This document shows, piece after piece, positions 30,682 to 39,200 of a stretch of 64,000 nt of DNA. The DNA is from Candidatus Thalassarchaeaceae archaeon (GTDB taxonomy: Archaea > Thermoplasmatota > Poseidoniia > Poseidoniales > Thalassarchaeaceae), in assembly GCA_046710875.1 (NCBI GenBank), contig JBKEHQ010000002.1, positions 2,717 to 66,716 on the forward strand, written 5' to 3'. Numbering within the stretch: position 1 is the first letter of the stretch; every line of letters starts with the position of its first letter. A program made the translations under genes and the position numbers. The notes under the pieces are model-generated. The model was not told the origin of the DNA. It made no database searches and saw only the letters and a list, made by a program, of their open reading frames with translations.

Positions 30682-31473
30682 ATGAGGGGCATTATTGGAA
30701 TTAGAGTAATCTTCTTTTTTGGAGTATTTGCATTACTTTCAGGCATATTGATTCCATTCAATGCGGATATTAATTATCCAGAACAACAATCAGAGTCTAT
30801 GCCGGAATCTATGATCGCAGACTCAGATGAAATTATCGAAAAAATAGAGTATTCACAGAAGGATGACCAATCAAATAATTTAATATTTACTGGTATTGGA
30901 GTATTATTTACATTATTACTAGCAGGTACATCATTCGAATTTTTTAAAGTTTTAATGTTAGTCTCATTACTTATCCCTATTATTTCAAAAAGAAATAATT
31001 CAGAAGATGATATTCTCAATAGGGGAAGAATATTGGGATATCTTGAAGCCAATGCTGGAATTAACTTCTCAGCATTAAGAGATGGATTAGGTTTGGCGAA
31101 TGGCGTTTCAGCATATCATTTACATTTGCTTGAATCCAATGGGCAAATTATATCTTGGAGAGATGGAAAGCTTAGGAGGTATGCCATCAGCAGCTTATCT
31201 CAAGAAGAAGTAAAACAGATTCAAAATCCTATAATTGGGACGAGACTAGCCATATTGGAAGTGTTAGGGGACTCTGGAAATATGGGTATATCCGGGCCGG
31301 AAATAAGATCCAAACTCTCTATTTCTCGTCAATTACTCAGTCATCACATGTTAGAATTAAGGAAAAATAATTTAGTTTCGCTAGTTAAAGAATCTAAGCG
31401 TCCACGATGGCAAAATTCGAATAAAGGAAATGAATTACTAACTATTTCCAAGGAAATTAAAATATCCGAGTAA
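30682..31473 (+). CDS. membrane-tethered transcription regulator with two winged-helix (ArsR/COG3398-like) domains
   Basis: 263 aa with TM helices at the N-terminus and at ~68-100, separated by an acidic loop. These are followed by wHTH 1 (RILGYLEANAGINFSALRDGLGLANGVSAYHLHLLESNGQIISWRDGKLRRY) and wHTH 2 (RLAILEVLGDSGNMGISGPEIRSKLSISRQLLSHHMLELRKNNLVSLV). Confidence 0.6.
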   Translation: MRGIIGIRVIFFFGVFALLSGILIPFNADINYPEQQSESMPESMIADSDEIIEKIEYSQKDDQSNNLIFTGIGVLFTLLLAGTSFEFFKVLMLVSLLIPIISKRNNSEDDILNRGRILGYLEANAGINFSALRDGLGLANGVSAYHLHLLESNGQIISWRDGKLRRYAISSLSQEEVKQIQNPIIGTRLAILEVLGDSGNMGISGPEIRSKLSISRQLLSHHMLELRKNNLVSLVKESKRPRWQNSNKGNELLTISKEIKISE

Positions 31474-31550
31474 TGTAAATCAATTGCTTTTCCCGCTTGT
31501 CCAATCATTATACCAGTTTATTGATATGTAATTACGTTTTGGAGTATTAT

Positions 31551-33869
31551 ATGGCACCTAAAAATAATGCTGTTTTTATGACACTTTTGATGTTTCTTTC
31601 ATCCGGTTGTATTGGTTTGATAGAAGACGTTTCTGATATAGCAGAAGAAATTGATAATACAATTAATGCATTAGGTGGCGACTATCCTAAGTTAGAATTA
31701 CCAGAAAGGATACGTACGAATCCTAATCTTCAAAATTATGACCAATGTAACGAATTATTGGAAGACTTGAAAACTGCGGCATATGATGAAATGATAGTGT
31801 CTCTTGATCAAGAGAGTTATTGGCATTGGTCAACTAATATACTTCGAAGCTTCACTAATGGGGATGATGTTATGATGCTTGAAGACGGTTTCGCGGAGAT
31901 TGCATCCGATGCAGTATCAAAAACTCCAATAAATGATAGGGAAGGAGAATTTTCAGGTACAAATAATCAAGAGTCAGATGTCGATGAAGCAGATTTCATC
32001 AAGACAAATGGATTCAATATATTTATGTTAAATGGCAATTTACTTCTAATAATGGGAATTCCTGAATTTGGTGAATTATATTTGGAATCCAATACTAGTA
32101 TTGAGGGCAACCCAATTCAAATGATGCTCGAAGGAGATAAACTTGTAATTGCTTCAAGTGTTAACTCAGCGGAATCATCTAATCATAAATTAGGAAGCCA
32201 AAATTCAATTCATTCTATAAATTTAGTAAAATATACTATATTGAATGTAAGTAATGCATCATCACCGGAAGTAGTGAAAGAAGTATATGTTGAGGGTAAT
32301 TATCAAACAGCACGTTTAGTCGATGGAACAGTTCGTTCAATAACACATTTTTGGACATATATTAAAGATTTACAAAGTTACGTAAACCTTCCAATAGAAT
32401 ATTGGGAAGAAGGCAATTATGATGTCCGAATGGAATTATGGAATTCAAGTGTTAAAGATGTTATTGAAAATAATACTAAAATTATAGAGGCATTAACTCT
32501 TGACGATTTTTCTCCCCATGTTTATGAGGTAAAAATGGACCAACCAATAATATTTAATCAATTACCGATAAGTTCGGAAAATTGTTCAGAATTTTCTGCA
32601 AGTGAAGATAGTGCAGGCAGAGGATTTACAACAATAATGACATTAGACTTATTCCAAGATGATATTGAGGTCGAAGTTGATCATATCACATCTTCTTCAT
32701 CTCATATTTATGCTTCAAAAGATAAATTAATAATAGCCGAACCATCCAATGATTGGTGGTGGTTTTGGAGAAATTCTAATTGGGAGGAAGCCACAAATAT
32801 ACATGTTTATGATATCAGCGATTCTACAGAAACTCAATATTTATCTTCAGGCAGAGTTAATGGGACGGTACAAGATCAGTTCTCTATTTCTGAATATCAA
32901 GGTTTGATTAGAGTTGCATCTACATCTAATAATTGGGGTCTATGGTGGATTATGGATGCGTTTGATGATAATGAACAAAATGATCCAACAGGACCAACTA
33001 ATCAAGTATCAATTTTAGAAGATAATGGTGATGGAAACTTAGATTTAATAGGATATCTTGGAAATATTGCCCCTGGTGAAACAATTTGGAGTGCTAGATT
33101 CATAGGAGAAAGAGCATATTTAGTTACCTTTCAAAATATAGATCCCTTATGGGTCATAGATCTATCTGAACCATCCAATCCCACTATTCTAGGTGAATTA
33201 GAAGTCCCAGGCGTTTCAACATATATACATCCGATTGATGATAATCTATTATTGACAATTGGTATTGCTCCCGGCCCAGATGGCTTGGGTCTTGATTGGA
33301 GTCTAACTCAAATATCATTATTTGACATCAGCGACCCTACAAATCCAAATCTTTCCGATTCTTTACAATTAACTCCAGCATACGCTGACAAGAATTGCGA
33401 ACAAATTATTTCTTGTGGATGGTCCTGGTCCTGGTCAGAAGCTACATTTGAGCATAAAGCATTTAATTACTGGGGGAAAGAGGAATTACTGGCCGTGCCA
33501 CTATCAACACATAGATATGTTACCGATCAAATAACTATTGACGGTAAGGATTATCAATATTCAGGTTATGAATTTATTTCTAGTTTACAACTAATTAATG
33601 TAGATTCTGATAATAAATCATTAAGTTTACATGGAGATTTAAATCATTCAGGTTTTTACAATGATCAATCACTAGATTGGTGGAGTGATTCAACAAGTAT
33701 CCGTCGATCAATCTTTATGGGGGACTATATTTATTCATTTTCAACTGCAGGTGCTAGTGTACATAGGACAATTGATTTAGTGATGATAAAAGAGATTGAA
33801 ATCCCCGGATTCCAAAGTGTAAGTTACTACGATGAGACAGATGTGTCTATTTCTGATAGTTCTTCATAA
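31551..33869 (+). CDS. secreted beta-propeller domain protein (COG4880 / Beta_propel family), probable lipoprotein
   Basis: From the ATG at 31551 (GGAG at 31541-31544): MAPKNNAVFMTLLMFLSSGCIG, a lipobox-like signal. Family-typical segments are ESDVDEADFIKTNGFNIFML and RFIGERAYLVTFQNIDPLWVIDLSEPSNPTILGELEVPGVSTYIHPIDDNLLLTIG. The track TTG start at 31497 is less likely. Confidence 0.7.
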   Translation: MAPKNNAVFMTLLMFLSSGCIGLIEDVSDIAEEIDNTINALGGDYPKLELPERIRTNPNLQNYDQCNELLEDLKTAAYDEMIVSLDQESYWHWSTNILRSFTNGDDVMMLEDGFAEIASDAVSKTPINDREGEFSGTNNQESDVDEADFIKTNGFNIFMLNGNLLLIMGIPEFGELYLESNTSIEGNPIQMMLEGDKLVIASSVNSAESSNHKLGSQNSIHSINLVKYTILNVSNASSPEVVKEVYVEGNYQTARLVDGTVRSITHFWTYIKDLQSYVNLPIEYWEEGNYDVRMELWNSSVKDVIENNTKIIEALTLDDFSPHVYEVKMDQPIIFNQLPISSENCSEFSASEDSAGRGFTTIMTLDLFQDDIEVEVDHITSSSSHIYASKDKLIIAEPSNDWWWFWRNSNWEEATNIHVYDISDSTETQYLSSGRVNGTVQDQFSISEYQGLIRVASTSNNWGLWWIMDAFDDNEQNDPTGPTNQVSILEDNGDGNLDLIGYLGNIAPGETIWSARFIGERAYLVTFQNIDPLWVIDLSEPSNPTILGELEVPGVSTYIHPIDDNLLLTIGIAPGPDGLGLDWSLTQISLFDISDPTNPNLSDSLQLTPAYADKNCEQIISCGWSWSWSEATFEHKAFNYWGKEELLAVPLSTHRYVTDQITIDGKDYQYSGYEFISSLQLINVDSDNKSLSLHGDLNHSGFYNDQSLDWWSDSTSIRRSIFMGDYIYSFSTAGASVHRTIDLVMIKEIEIPGFQSVSYYDETDVSISDSSS

Positions 33870-33874
33870 ATCGA

Positions 33875-35275
33875 TTAATTAGTGCCGAATTTTAAAGGTT
33901 TACCAACAGACCCAGGATTCACTATTGATTTTCCACGTAATTCATCATTAAGATCCCTCGTGTGAACAATTACTCCCTCAACTATCGTGAAAACTGGCCA
34001 TCCAGTCATACTCATGCCTGCATAAGGTGTCCATCCAACCCTACTCCATACATCTCTATCTTCTATCGTTTTTTGTTCTTCCATATTTATTAAAACCAAA
34101 TCTGCATCTTTACCTTCTTCAATATATCCTTTATTTTGTATATCATAGACCTTCGCAGGGCCTTCAGACATCCAACGAACTACATCAGGAATTGAACACT
34201 TACCTTCTGATGCGTGAGTCAGCATTATTGGCAATGAAGTTTCAACGCCCGGCATTCCTGCATGTGCCTTAGGGAAGCCTAATAATTTATTTTCTAAAGT
34301 ATGAGGGGCATGGTCGGTCGCGATACAATCAATTGTCCCATCCTTTAATCTACGCCATAATTTATCTCTATCCTCTTCATATCTTATCGGGGGATTCATG
34401 ATTAATCTAGTACCTCTTTTCAGTACATCATTTTCATCAAAAGTAAGGTGTTGAGGGCACACTTCTGTTGTAATTAATTCCCGTTTATTATTTGCCAACC
34501 AATCTGCTTCGATACCACTTGTAAGATGTAAAATGTGTAGTTTATGGGAATGATTATTGGAAAGTTGTGCAGCCCTCTTCGTTGCAATCAATGCAGTTTC
34601 ACTATCTCTCCATTCTGCATGAGCAGCAACGTCCGTTCTATGATTAAATTTAGGTTTTCTAATATTTAATCTATCTTCATCCTCAGCATGAACTGCAATT
34701 ACGCCCCCAGTTCCGGCGAAAATTTTCTCTAACGCATCTTGTTCATTTACTAGCAAATCTCCTGTACTGCTTCCCATAAATATTTTAGTGCCGCAAATTC
34801 CATCTATATTTTTTGGGTTTTCAAATGTACCAACTGCCTTTTGTAATTCAGTTAAATTGTTAGGAGTCGCACCGATAAAAAAACCATAATTTGTGATTGC
34901 AGAATTACTAGCAGAATTAATCTTATCATTAATGGATTTTAATGATACTGCAGAAGGATTATTATTCGGCATATCAAGAAAACTAGTTACTCCTCCAGAA
35001 GCTGCTGCTCTGCTGCCAGTAGCAATATTTTCCCTTTCAGGCTGCCCAGGTTCTCTAAAATGAACCTGAGGATCAATTACTCCAGGTAAAAGATACAATC
35101 CCTCGGCATCAATTAAATCCTCATCATCATTTATGAATAATCCTCCGCCAATTGCAACAGTATGAATTAATCCATTCTTTATTCTTAGGTCACCAAAAGA
35201 AATATTCCCTTCAATAACCATTTCAGCATTTATGATAAGTAGCCCTCTGCCCATGTATATCATTTCGTCCAACAT
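33875..35275 (-). CDS. pyrC: dihydroorotase
   Basis: VIDPQVHFREPG (HxH metal site), VHAEDED and ATDHAPHT. The track start (35287) is TTG. The first ATG is at 35275, and later Met codons are also possible. Confidence 0.88.
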   Translation of the reverse strand: MLDEMIYMGRGLLIINAEMVIEGNISFGDLRIKNGLIHTVAIGGGLFINDDEDLIDAEGLYLLPGVIDPQVHFREPGQPERENIATGSRAAASGGVTSFLDMPNNNPSAVSLKSINDKINSASNSAITNYGFFIGATPNNLTELQKAVGTFENPKNIDGICGTKIFMGSSTGDLLVNEQDALEKIFAGTGGVIAVHAEDEDRLNIRKPKFNHRTDVAAHAEWRDSETALIATKRAAQLSNNHSHKLHILHLTSGIEADWLANNKRELITTEVCPQHLTFDENDVLKRGTRLIMNPPIRYEEDRDKLWRRLKDGTIDCIATDHAPHTLENKLLGFPKAHAGMPGVETSLPIMLTHASEGKCSIPDVVRWMSEGPAKVYDIQNKGYIEEGKDADLVLINMEEQKTIEDRDVWSRVGWTPYAGMSMTGWPVFTIVEGVIVHTRDLNDELRGKSIVNPGSVGKPLKFGTN

Positions 35276-35330
35276 AGATTTACACAAGACTGTTATCCTG
35301 ATTCGAGTCAGTTTACGTCATTCCATTGTG

Positions 35331-35339
35331 TTCAAATAA
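35331..35339 (+). promoter_or_regulatory. TATA-box-like element upstream of the initiator tRNA
   Basis: ttcaaataa is centred ~26 nt upstream of tRNA position 1 (35361), matching archaeal promoter geometry. Position-based only. Confidence 0.35.
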
Positions 35340-35360
35340 CCTATGCATCCCACGTAGGTC

Positions 35361-35438
35361 ATCGGGTTGGAGTAGTCAGGTTATCTCGTCGGGCTCATAA
35401 CCCGGAGACCAGTGGTTCAAATCCACTATCCGATACCA
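35361..35438 (+). tRNA. initiator tRNA-Met (anticodon CAT), genomically encoded CCA
   Basis: Hand-folded cloverleaf. Acceptor ATCGGGT/ATCCGAT with an A1:T72 pair. Anticodon stem TCGGG/CCCGG with three consecutive G:C pairs (29-31:39-41), loop CTCATAA. T arm AGTGG-TTCAAAT-CCACT. Discriminator A, then CCA (35436-35438), followed by a T5 run. Confidence 0.85.
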
Positions 35439-35443
35439 TTTTT
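35439..35443 (+). terminator. oligo-T tract after tRNA-iMet
   Basis: TTTTT lies immediately after the encoded CCA. Archaeal termination commonly uses T-runs. Confidence 0.4.
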
Positions 35444-35532
35444 AAATCTAAAATGAAAGTGAATAAACGCTGTACTGCGTACAATAAGTGATGTAAAGCA
35501 CTTTCACAAAATATTCATGGGTGATTAATTCG

Positions 35533-35540
35533 TTAATATA
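35533..35540 (+). promoter_or_regulatory. candidate radA TATA box (with SD GGTGA at 35570-35574)
   Basis: ttaatata sits ~40 nt upstream of the radA ATG. GGTGA sits 4 nt before the ATG at 35579. Position-based only. Confidence 0.3.
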
Positions 35541-35578
35541 CTTACATCACGCGAGTAGTAAGCGTAAAGGGTGAGATA

Positions 35579-36580
35579 ATGAGTAAAAAAACAGCAAGTG
35601 AAAAAATAAGTGAAGAAGAAATAGTAATTGATATCGATGAGCCTGAATTGACCGTTGAAGACTTACCTGGCGTAGGTCCTGCAACAGCTGAGAAATTAAG
35701 AGAGGCCGGATTTGAAGAATTACTAGCCATAGCAGTAATGAGTCCTTCAGAATTAGCTGAACAAGCCGAACTAGGAGAGGCCGTATCTGCAAAAATAATA
35801 GCCGGAGCAAAGAGAATGGCCAATATTGGGGGATTTATCAGTGGAAATGCATTATTAGAAAAAAGGAAAAAAGTACAAAAATTATCATCAGGAACATCAT
35901 CACTAGATGAGTTATTAGGAGGAGGTTTTGAGACGCAAGCTATAATTGAAGTTTACGGAGAATTTGGAAGTGGAAAAACTCAAATTGGGCACCAATTAGC
36001 TGTAAATACAATAAGGCCAATAGAGGATGGAGGATTAGATGGTGAAGTATTTTATATAGATACAGAAGATACATTTAGGCCAGAAAGAATTACTCAAATG
36101 GCAATTGCAATAGGAATAGATCCAGCAGATGCTTTGGAGAGAATACATGTCGCAAGAGCATATAATTCGGCCCATCAGATATTGTTAGTTGATGAGATAA
36201 AGAGAATGTCTAAAAATATAGATGTTAAATTAGTTATAGTTGACTCTTTAACTAGTCATTTTAGGTCGGAATATATTGGAAGGGGAATGTTGGCCACAAG
36301 GCAACAGAAATTGAATAGGCATATGAAAGATTTAAAACAACTATCAGATATCCAAAATTCTATAATTTTAGTCACAAATCAAGTTATGTCAAAGCCCGAT
36401 GCAATGTGGGGAGATCCTACAAAGGCAATTGGAGGCCATATTGTAGGGCATGCTAGTACATTCCGACTATATCTTAGAAAATCTAAAGGCGGTCGCCGTA
36501 TTGCAAGATTGGTAGATAGCCCTAATCTTCCAGAAGGAGAAGCAGTTTTTACAGTGACAGCAGAAGGGTTGCAGGATTAA
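35579..36580 (+). CDS. radA: DNA repair and recombination protein RadA
   Basis: N-terminal HhH domain ([17 protein letters not shown]), Walker [10 protein letters not shown], Walker B LVIVDSL and the L2-like region [10 protein letters not shown]. 333 aa. Confidence 0.93.
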   Translation: MSKKTASEKISEEEIVIDIDEPELTVEDLPGVGPATAEKLREAGFEELLAIAVMSPSELAEQAELGEAVSAKIIAGAKRMANIGGFISGNALLEKRKKVQKLSSGTSSLDELLGGGFETQAIIEVYGEFGSGKTQIGHQLAVNTIRPIEDGGLDGEVFYIDTEDTFRPERITQMAIAIGIDPADALERIHVARAYNSAHQILLVDEIKRMSKNIDVKLVIVDSLTSHFRSEYIGRGMLATRQQKLNRHMKDLKQLSDIQNSIILVTNQVMSKPDAMWGDPTKAIGGHIVGHASTFRLYLRKSKGGRRIARLVDSPNLPEGEAVFTVTAEGLQD

Positions 36581-38289
36581 ATTTCAATATCTAGAATTGA
36601 CTTATGAACATCATTTATTAGATTAGTCACATGATCCTCTTTGAACGACATTTCTAAGCCAGTAGCAGTGAATAATTCTCTCAGTCCCTTTGTGTATCCT
36701 AGAGATAAACCGTTTTTATATAGATCTAGGGCTTTTAGGGGATCTTCTTTATGGTAATTCCATAATTGCAAAGCTCCTAATTGGGCAATCCCATATTCTA
36801 CATAATAAAATGGAGCCCCAAATAGATGTCCTTGTAATTGCCATGATGTTTCAAGTATACTTTCCATATTATCTCCATCTTCACTAATGCCACTATAGTC
36901 ATACTTTGATCCAAATTTATTTGTTATTTCTAACCATTTATTTCTTCTTTCTTCTCTAGTATGGTTAGGATTTTGATATATCCAGTGTTGAAATGAATCT
37001 ATAGTCGCCATCCACGGCATGAATTCTATGATTCCTTCCAAATGCTTCTTTTTTGCTCTAATGGCATCATCTTTGTTATAGAATTGCTCCCATTTTGAAT
37101 GGGATAGAAGCTCCATTGACATAGAAGCAACTTCAGCAAACTCAATCGGAGAATCTCTTTCATGAATTAAATCAAGATGCCCAGAATAAAATGAATGAAA
37201 TGCATGGCCGGCTTCATGAATCATAGTCTCTAAATTCCTTTGAGTTCCAGCAGCATTCATGAAAATAAATGGCATTCTACTTTTCTGTAGATAATATTGA
37301 TATCCTCCTGGGGCCTTTCCGATCCTACTCTCTAGATCTAAACAGTTATTTTCATCTAATAAATCAAAATAATCACCCAATTCTTTAGACATAGAATGAA
37401 ATAATTTTGAACAACCTTCTATTAATTCAGTTACATCATCAAACGGCCTTAATGGCTTGTTACCGTATAAATCAACAGAAGAGTCCCATGGCCTAAATTT
37501 ATCTAATTTTAAGATATTCTTTCTTTCTTCATTAAATTGATTTTTTAGTGGCATACATGAAGATTCTATGGAATCATGAAATTCCATGCAATCAGCTATT
37601 GTATAGTCAAATCTATGCATTGCAGCAAACATATATTCTTGATACCCATCGAATCCTGAATTTGTAGATATTTGATGCCTTAATTTTATCATTTCATCAA
37701 ATATTTCCGAAATCTCTTCTGTATCCTCTAGTATCCTATTTGTACATGTTTTCCATGCTGATTCTCTAACCCCTCTGTCTACATTTTCTTGATAGATAGC
37801 CATCATTGGAAACGTCCTTTCTTCTCCATCATAATGTACAGTTTGTTTACCTCTTATTTCATTATATTTTGTACCTAAAATTGATAAACGCGTTTGAAGT
37901 GGAATATTTTCTTCTCTAAATATTCCAATATCGGATTTTATTGCCTCTATCATTAGATCATATTTTTCTGGTAATTCACTTACAGATTTATGATTTACTA
38001 TCCTTTTATTCAATAAATCATTATACTCTGACAGCTTTGGTTGAATATTTTCCACAAATTCTTTCCATGAATTTTGTGCATGTTCGTCATCAGTATGACA
38101 TGTCATATTGATATATGTTTTAGCACGTTTCTCAGAAACAAATTCACTTAGTTCCGATTCATCTTTTATTAACTTCTCAATACATTTTGAACAGTTTAAA
38201 TCTCTATCTCTTAATTTATTGTAATATGGCTCTAAATTACTCCATTTAGATGCATCTAGATCTTCGGGGACAAATCTCACACTCATCAT
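36577..38289 (-). CDS. pepF: M3B family oligoendopeptidase F
   Basis: 570 aa with the zinc motif [10 protein letters not shown] and a downstream EVASMSMEL Glu ligand region. Overall length and layout fit PepF. Confidence 0.8.
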   Translation of the reverse strand: MMSVRFVPEDLDASKWSNLEPYYNKLRDRDLNCSKCIEKLIKDESELSEFVSEKRAKTYINMTCHTDDEHAQNSWKEFVENIQPKLSEYNDLLNKRIVNHKSVSELPEKYDLMIEAIKSDIGIFREENIPLQTRLSILGTKYNEIRGKQTVHYDGEERTFPMMAIYQENVDRGVRESAWKTCTNRILEDTEEISEIFDEMIKLRHQISTNSGFDGYQEYMFAAMHRFDYTIADCMEFHDSIESSCMPLKNQFNEERKNILKLDKFRPWDSSVDLYGNKPLRPFDDVTELIEGCSKLFHSMSKELGDYFDLLDENNCLDLESRIGKAPGGYQYYLQKSRMPFIFMNAAGTQRNLETMIHEAGHAFHSFYSGHLDLIHERDSPIEFAEVASMSMELLSHSKWEQFYNKDDAIRAKKKHLEGIIEFMPWMATIDSFQHWIYQNPNHTREERRNKWLEITNKFGSKYDYSGISEDGDNMESILETSWQLQGHLFGAPFYYVEYGIAQLGALQLWNYHKEDPLKALDLYKNGLSLGYTKGLRELFTATGLEMSFKEDHVTNLINDVHKSILDIEI

Positions 38290-38295
38290 ATCGCC

Positions 38296-38541
38296 TCAAT
38301 TTTTATGTGATATGGGCCCATTAGGAAGAGGTCCTTCTTCTCTACTCCATTTTATGCACTTCCATTGCTCTGCATCATTTACTACTTTTTCTCTTATTTG
38401 TTTTAATTCGGGATGTTCGGGATTTTGATTTTGAATCCAACATGCCGTGCAGTATCTTTTCTTCTCATAATCAACAAAATTACTCGGTGTGCATGCAATC
38501 TCACAGTTTGTGCAGAACCTAAAGCCATAGAACTTAGACAT
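38296..38541 (-). CDS. small zinc-ribbon protein, function unknown
   Basis: 81 aa. CTNCEIAC...YCTAC forms a Cys4 pattern near the N-terminus. It lies 6 nt upstream of pepF on the same strand. Confidence 0.45.
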   Translation of the reverse strand: MSKFYGFRFCTNCEIACTPSNFVDYEKKRYCTACWIQNQNPEHPELKQIREKVVNDAEQWKCIKWSREEGPLPNGPISHKN

Positions 38542-38600
38542 ATTATCTCTTACCGCTCAGGGTTAATGCATATCAGTTTGACGCTTTGTTATTATCTATT

Positions 38601-39200
38601 TCATAAATCTGATAGTGCCATTTGTGTAAGAAATATATTCTCAATTTCAGATAAGGATGTTTTCATATTAATGCTCATCACTCCTATATTCTCTAATCCC
38701 TTTATTCGGGGTATCGGCCTTATTGGCATCATTCTACTTCCAATTAATTCTATTAATATTCTAGCGGCTTCATCATTTTCCAAATATGATTCTCTGTCCA
38801 AATCTATATTACCGAATACATCTGTATCGCCATATTTTGGTAAATATAGAATCCACGCCTTTTCTTCCCCCACTCTCAAACCTGATCTTTGAAATCCTGT
38901 TTTTATTTGATGCGTACCTGATATTAATCTTAAAAACTCAACGTCAGGAGTTCTGGCAGCCATCTTATTTGAATTTTCTTTCCTTCTCAATGAATGCCAT
39001 GTAGTCCAAAGATGAACTTCACTTGCTGCAGCTTCACTTCTCAAAAGAAGCCATCTTTGATTATATCTATGTTTATTAAACAACTCAATTATTTCATCTA
39101 AATCATCAATTGGTTTGGAAAAAACAATGCCCCAAGCTGGAAACCATGGTACTGGATGTACTATGTCCATATGTAAGCCGATACACGCATTGTTAATCAT
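38601..39200 (-). CDS. possible KEOPS subunit Cgi121 homologue
   Basis: 199 aa. The core SEVHLWTTWHSLRR....MAARTPDVEFLRLISGTHQIKTGFQRSGL aligns by eye to the Cgi121 pattern (H.L.A...A......IAKS...EIL...SG.RQI..AI...G). The C-terminal IENIFLTQMALSDL resembles the terminal helix. The start overlaps the hel308 stop by 8 nt (ATGATTAA). Confidence 0.45.
   Translation of the reverse strand: MINNACIGLHMDIVHPVPWFPAWGIVFSKPIDDLDEIIELFNKHRYNQRWLLLRSEAAASEVHLWTTWHSLRRKENSNKMAARTPDVEFLRLISGTHQIKTGFQRSGLRVGEEKAWILYLPKYGDTDVFGNIDLDRESYLENDEAARILIELIGSRMMPIRPIPRIKGLENIGVMSINMKTSLSEIENIFLTQMALSDL

Noticed and set aside
35542-35823. Two minus-strand ORFs (93 and 87 aa) antisense to radA
   Set aside because: They lie fully inside the strongly supported radA gene and have a low-complexity Ser/Leu-rich composition typical of antisense frames.
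38413-38892. 159-aa plus-strand ORF spanning the zinc-ribbon/Cgi121-like region
   Set aside because: It is antisense to two better-supported minus-strand genes, is hydrophobic with low complexity, and shows no start context.
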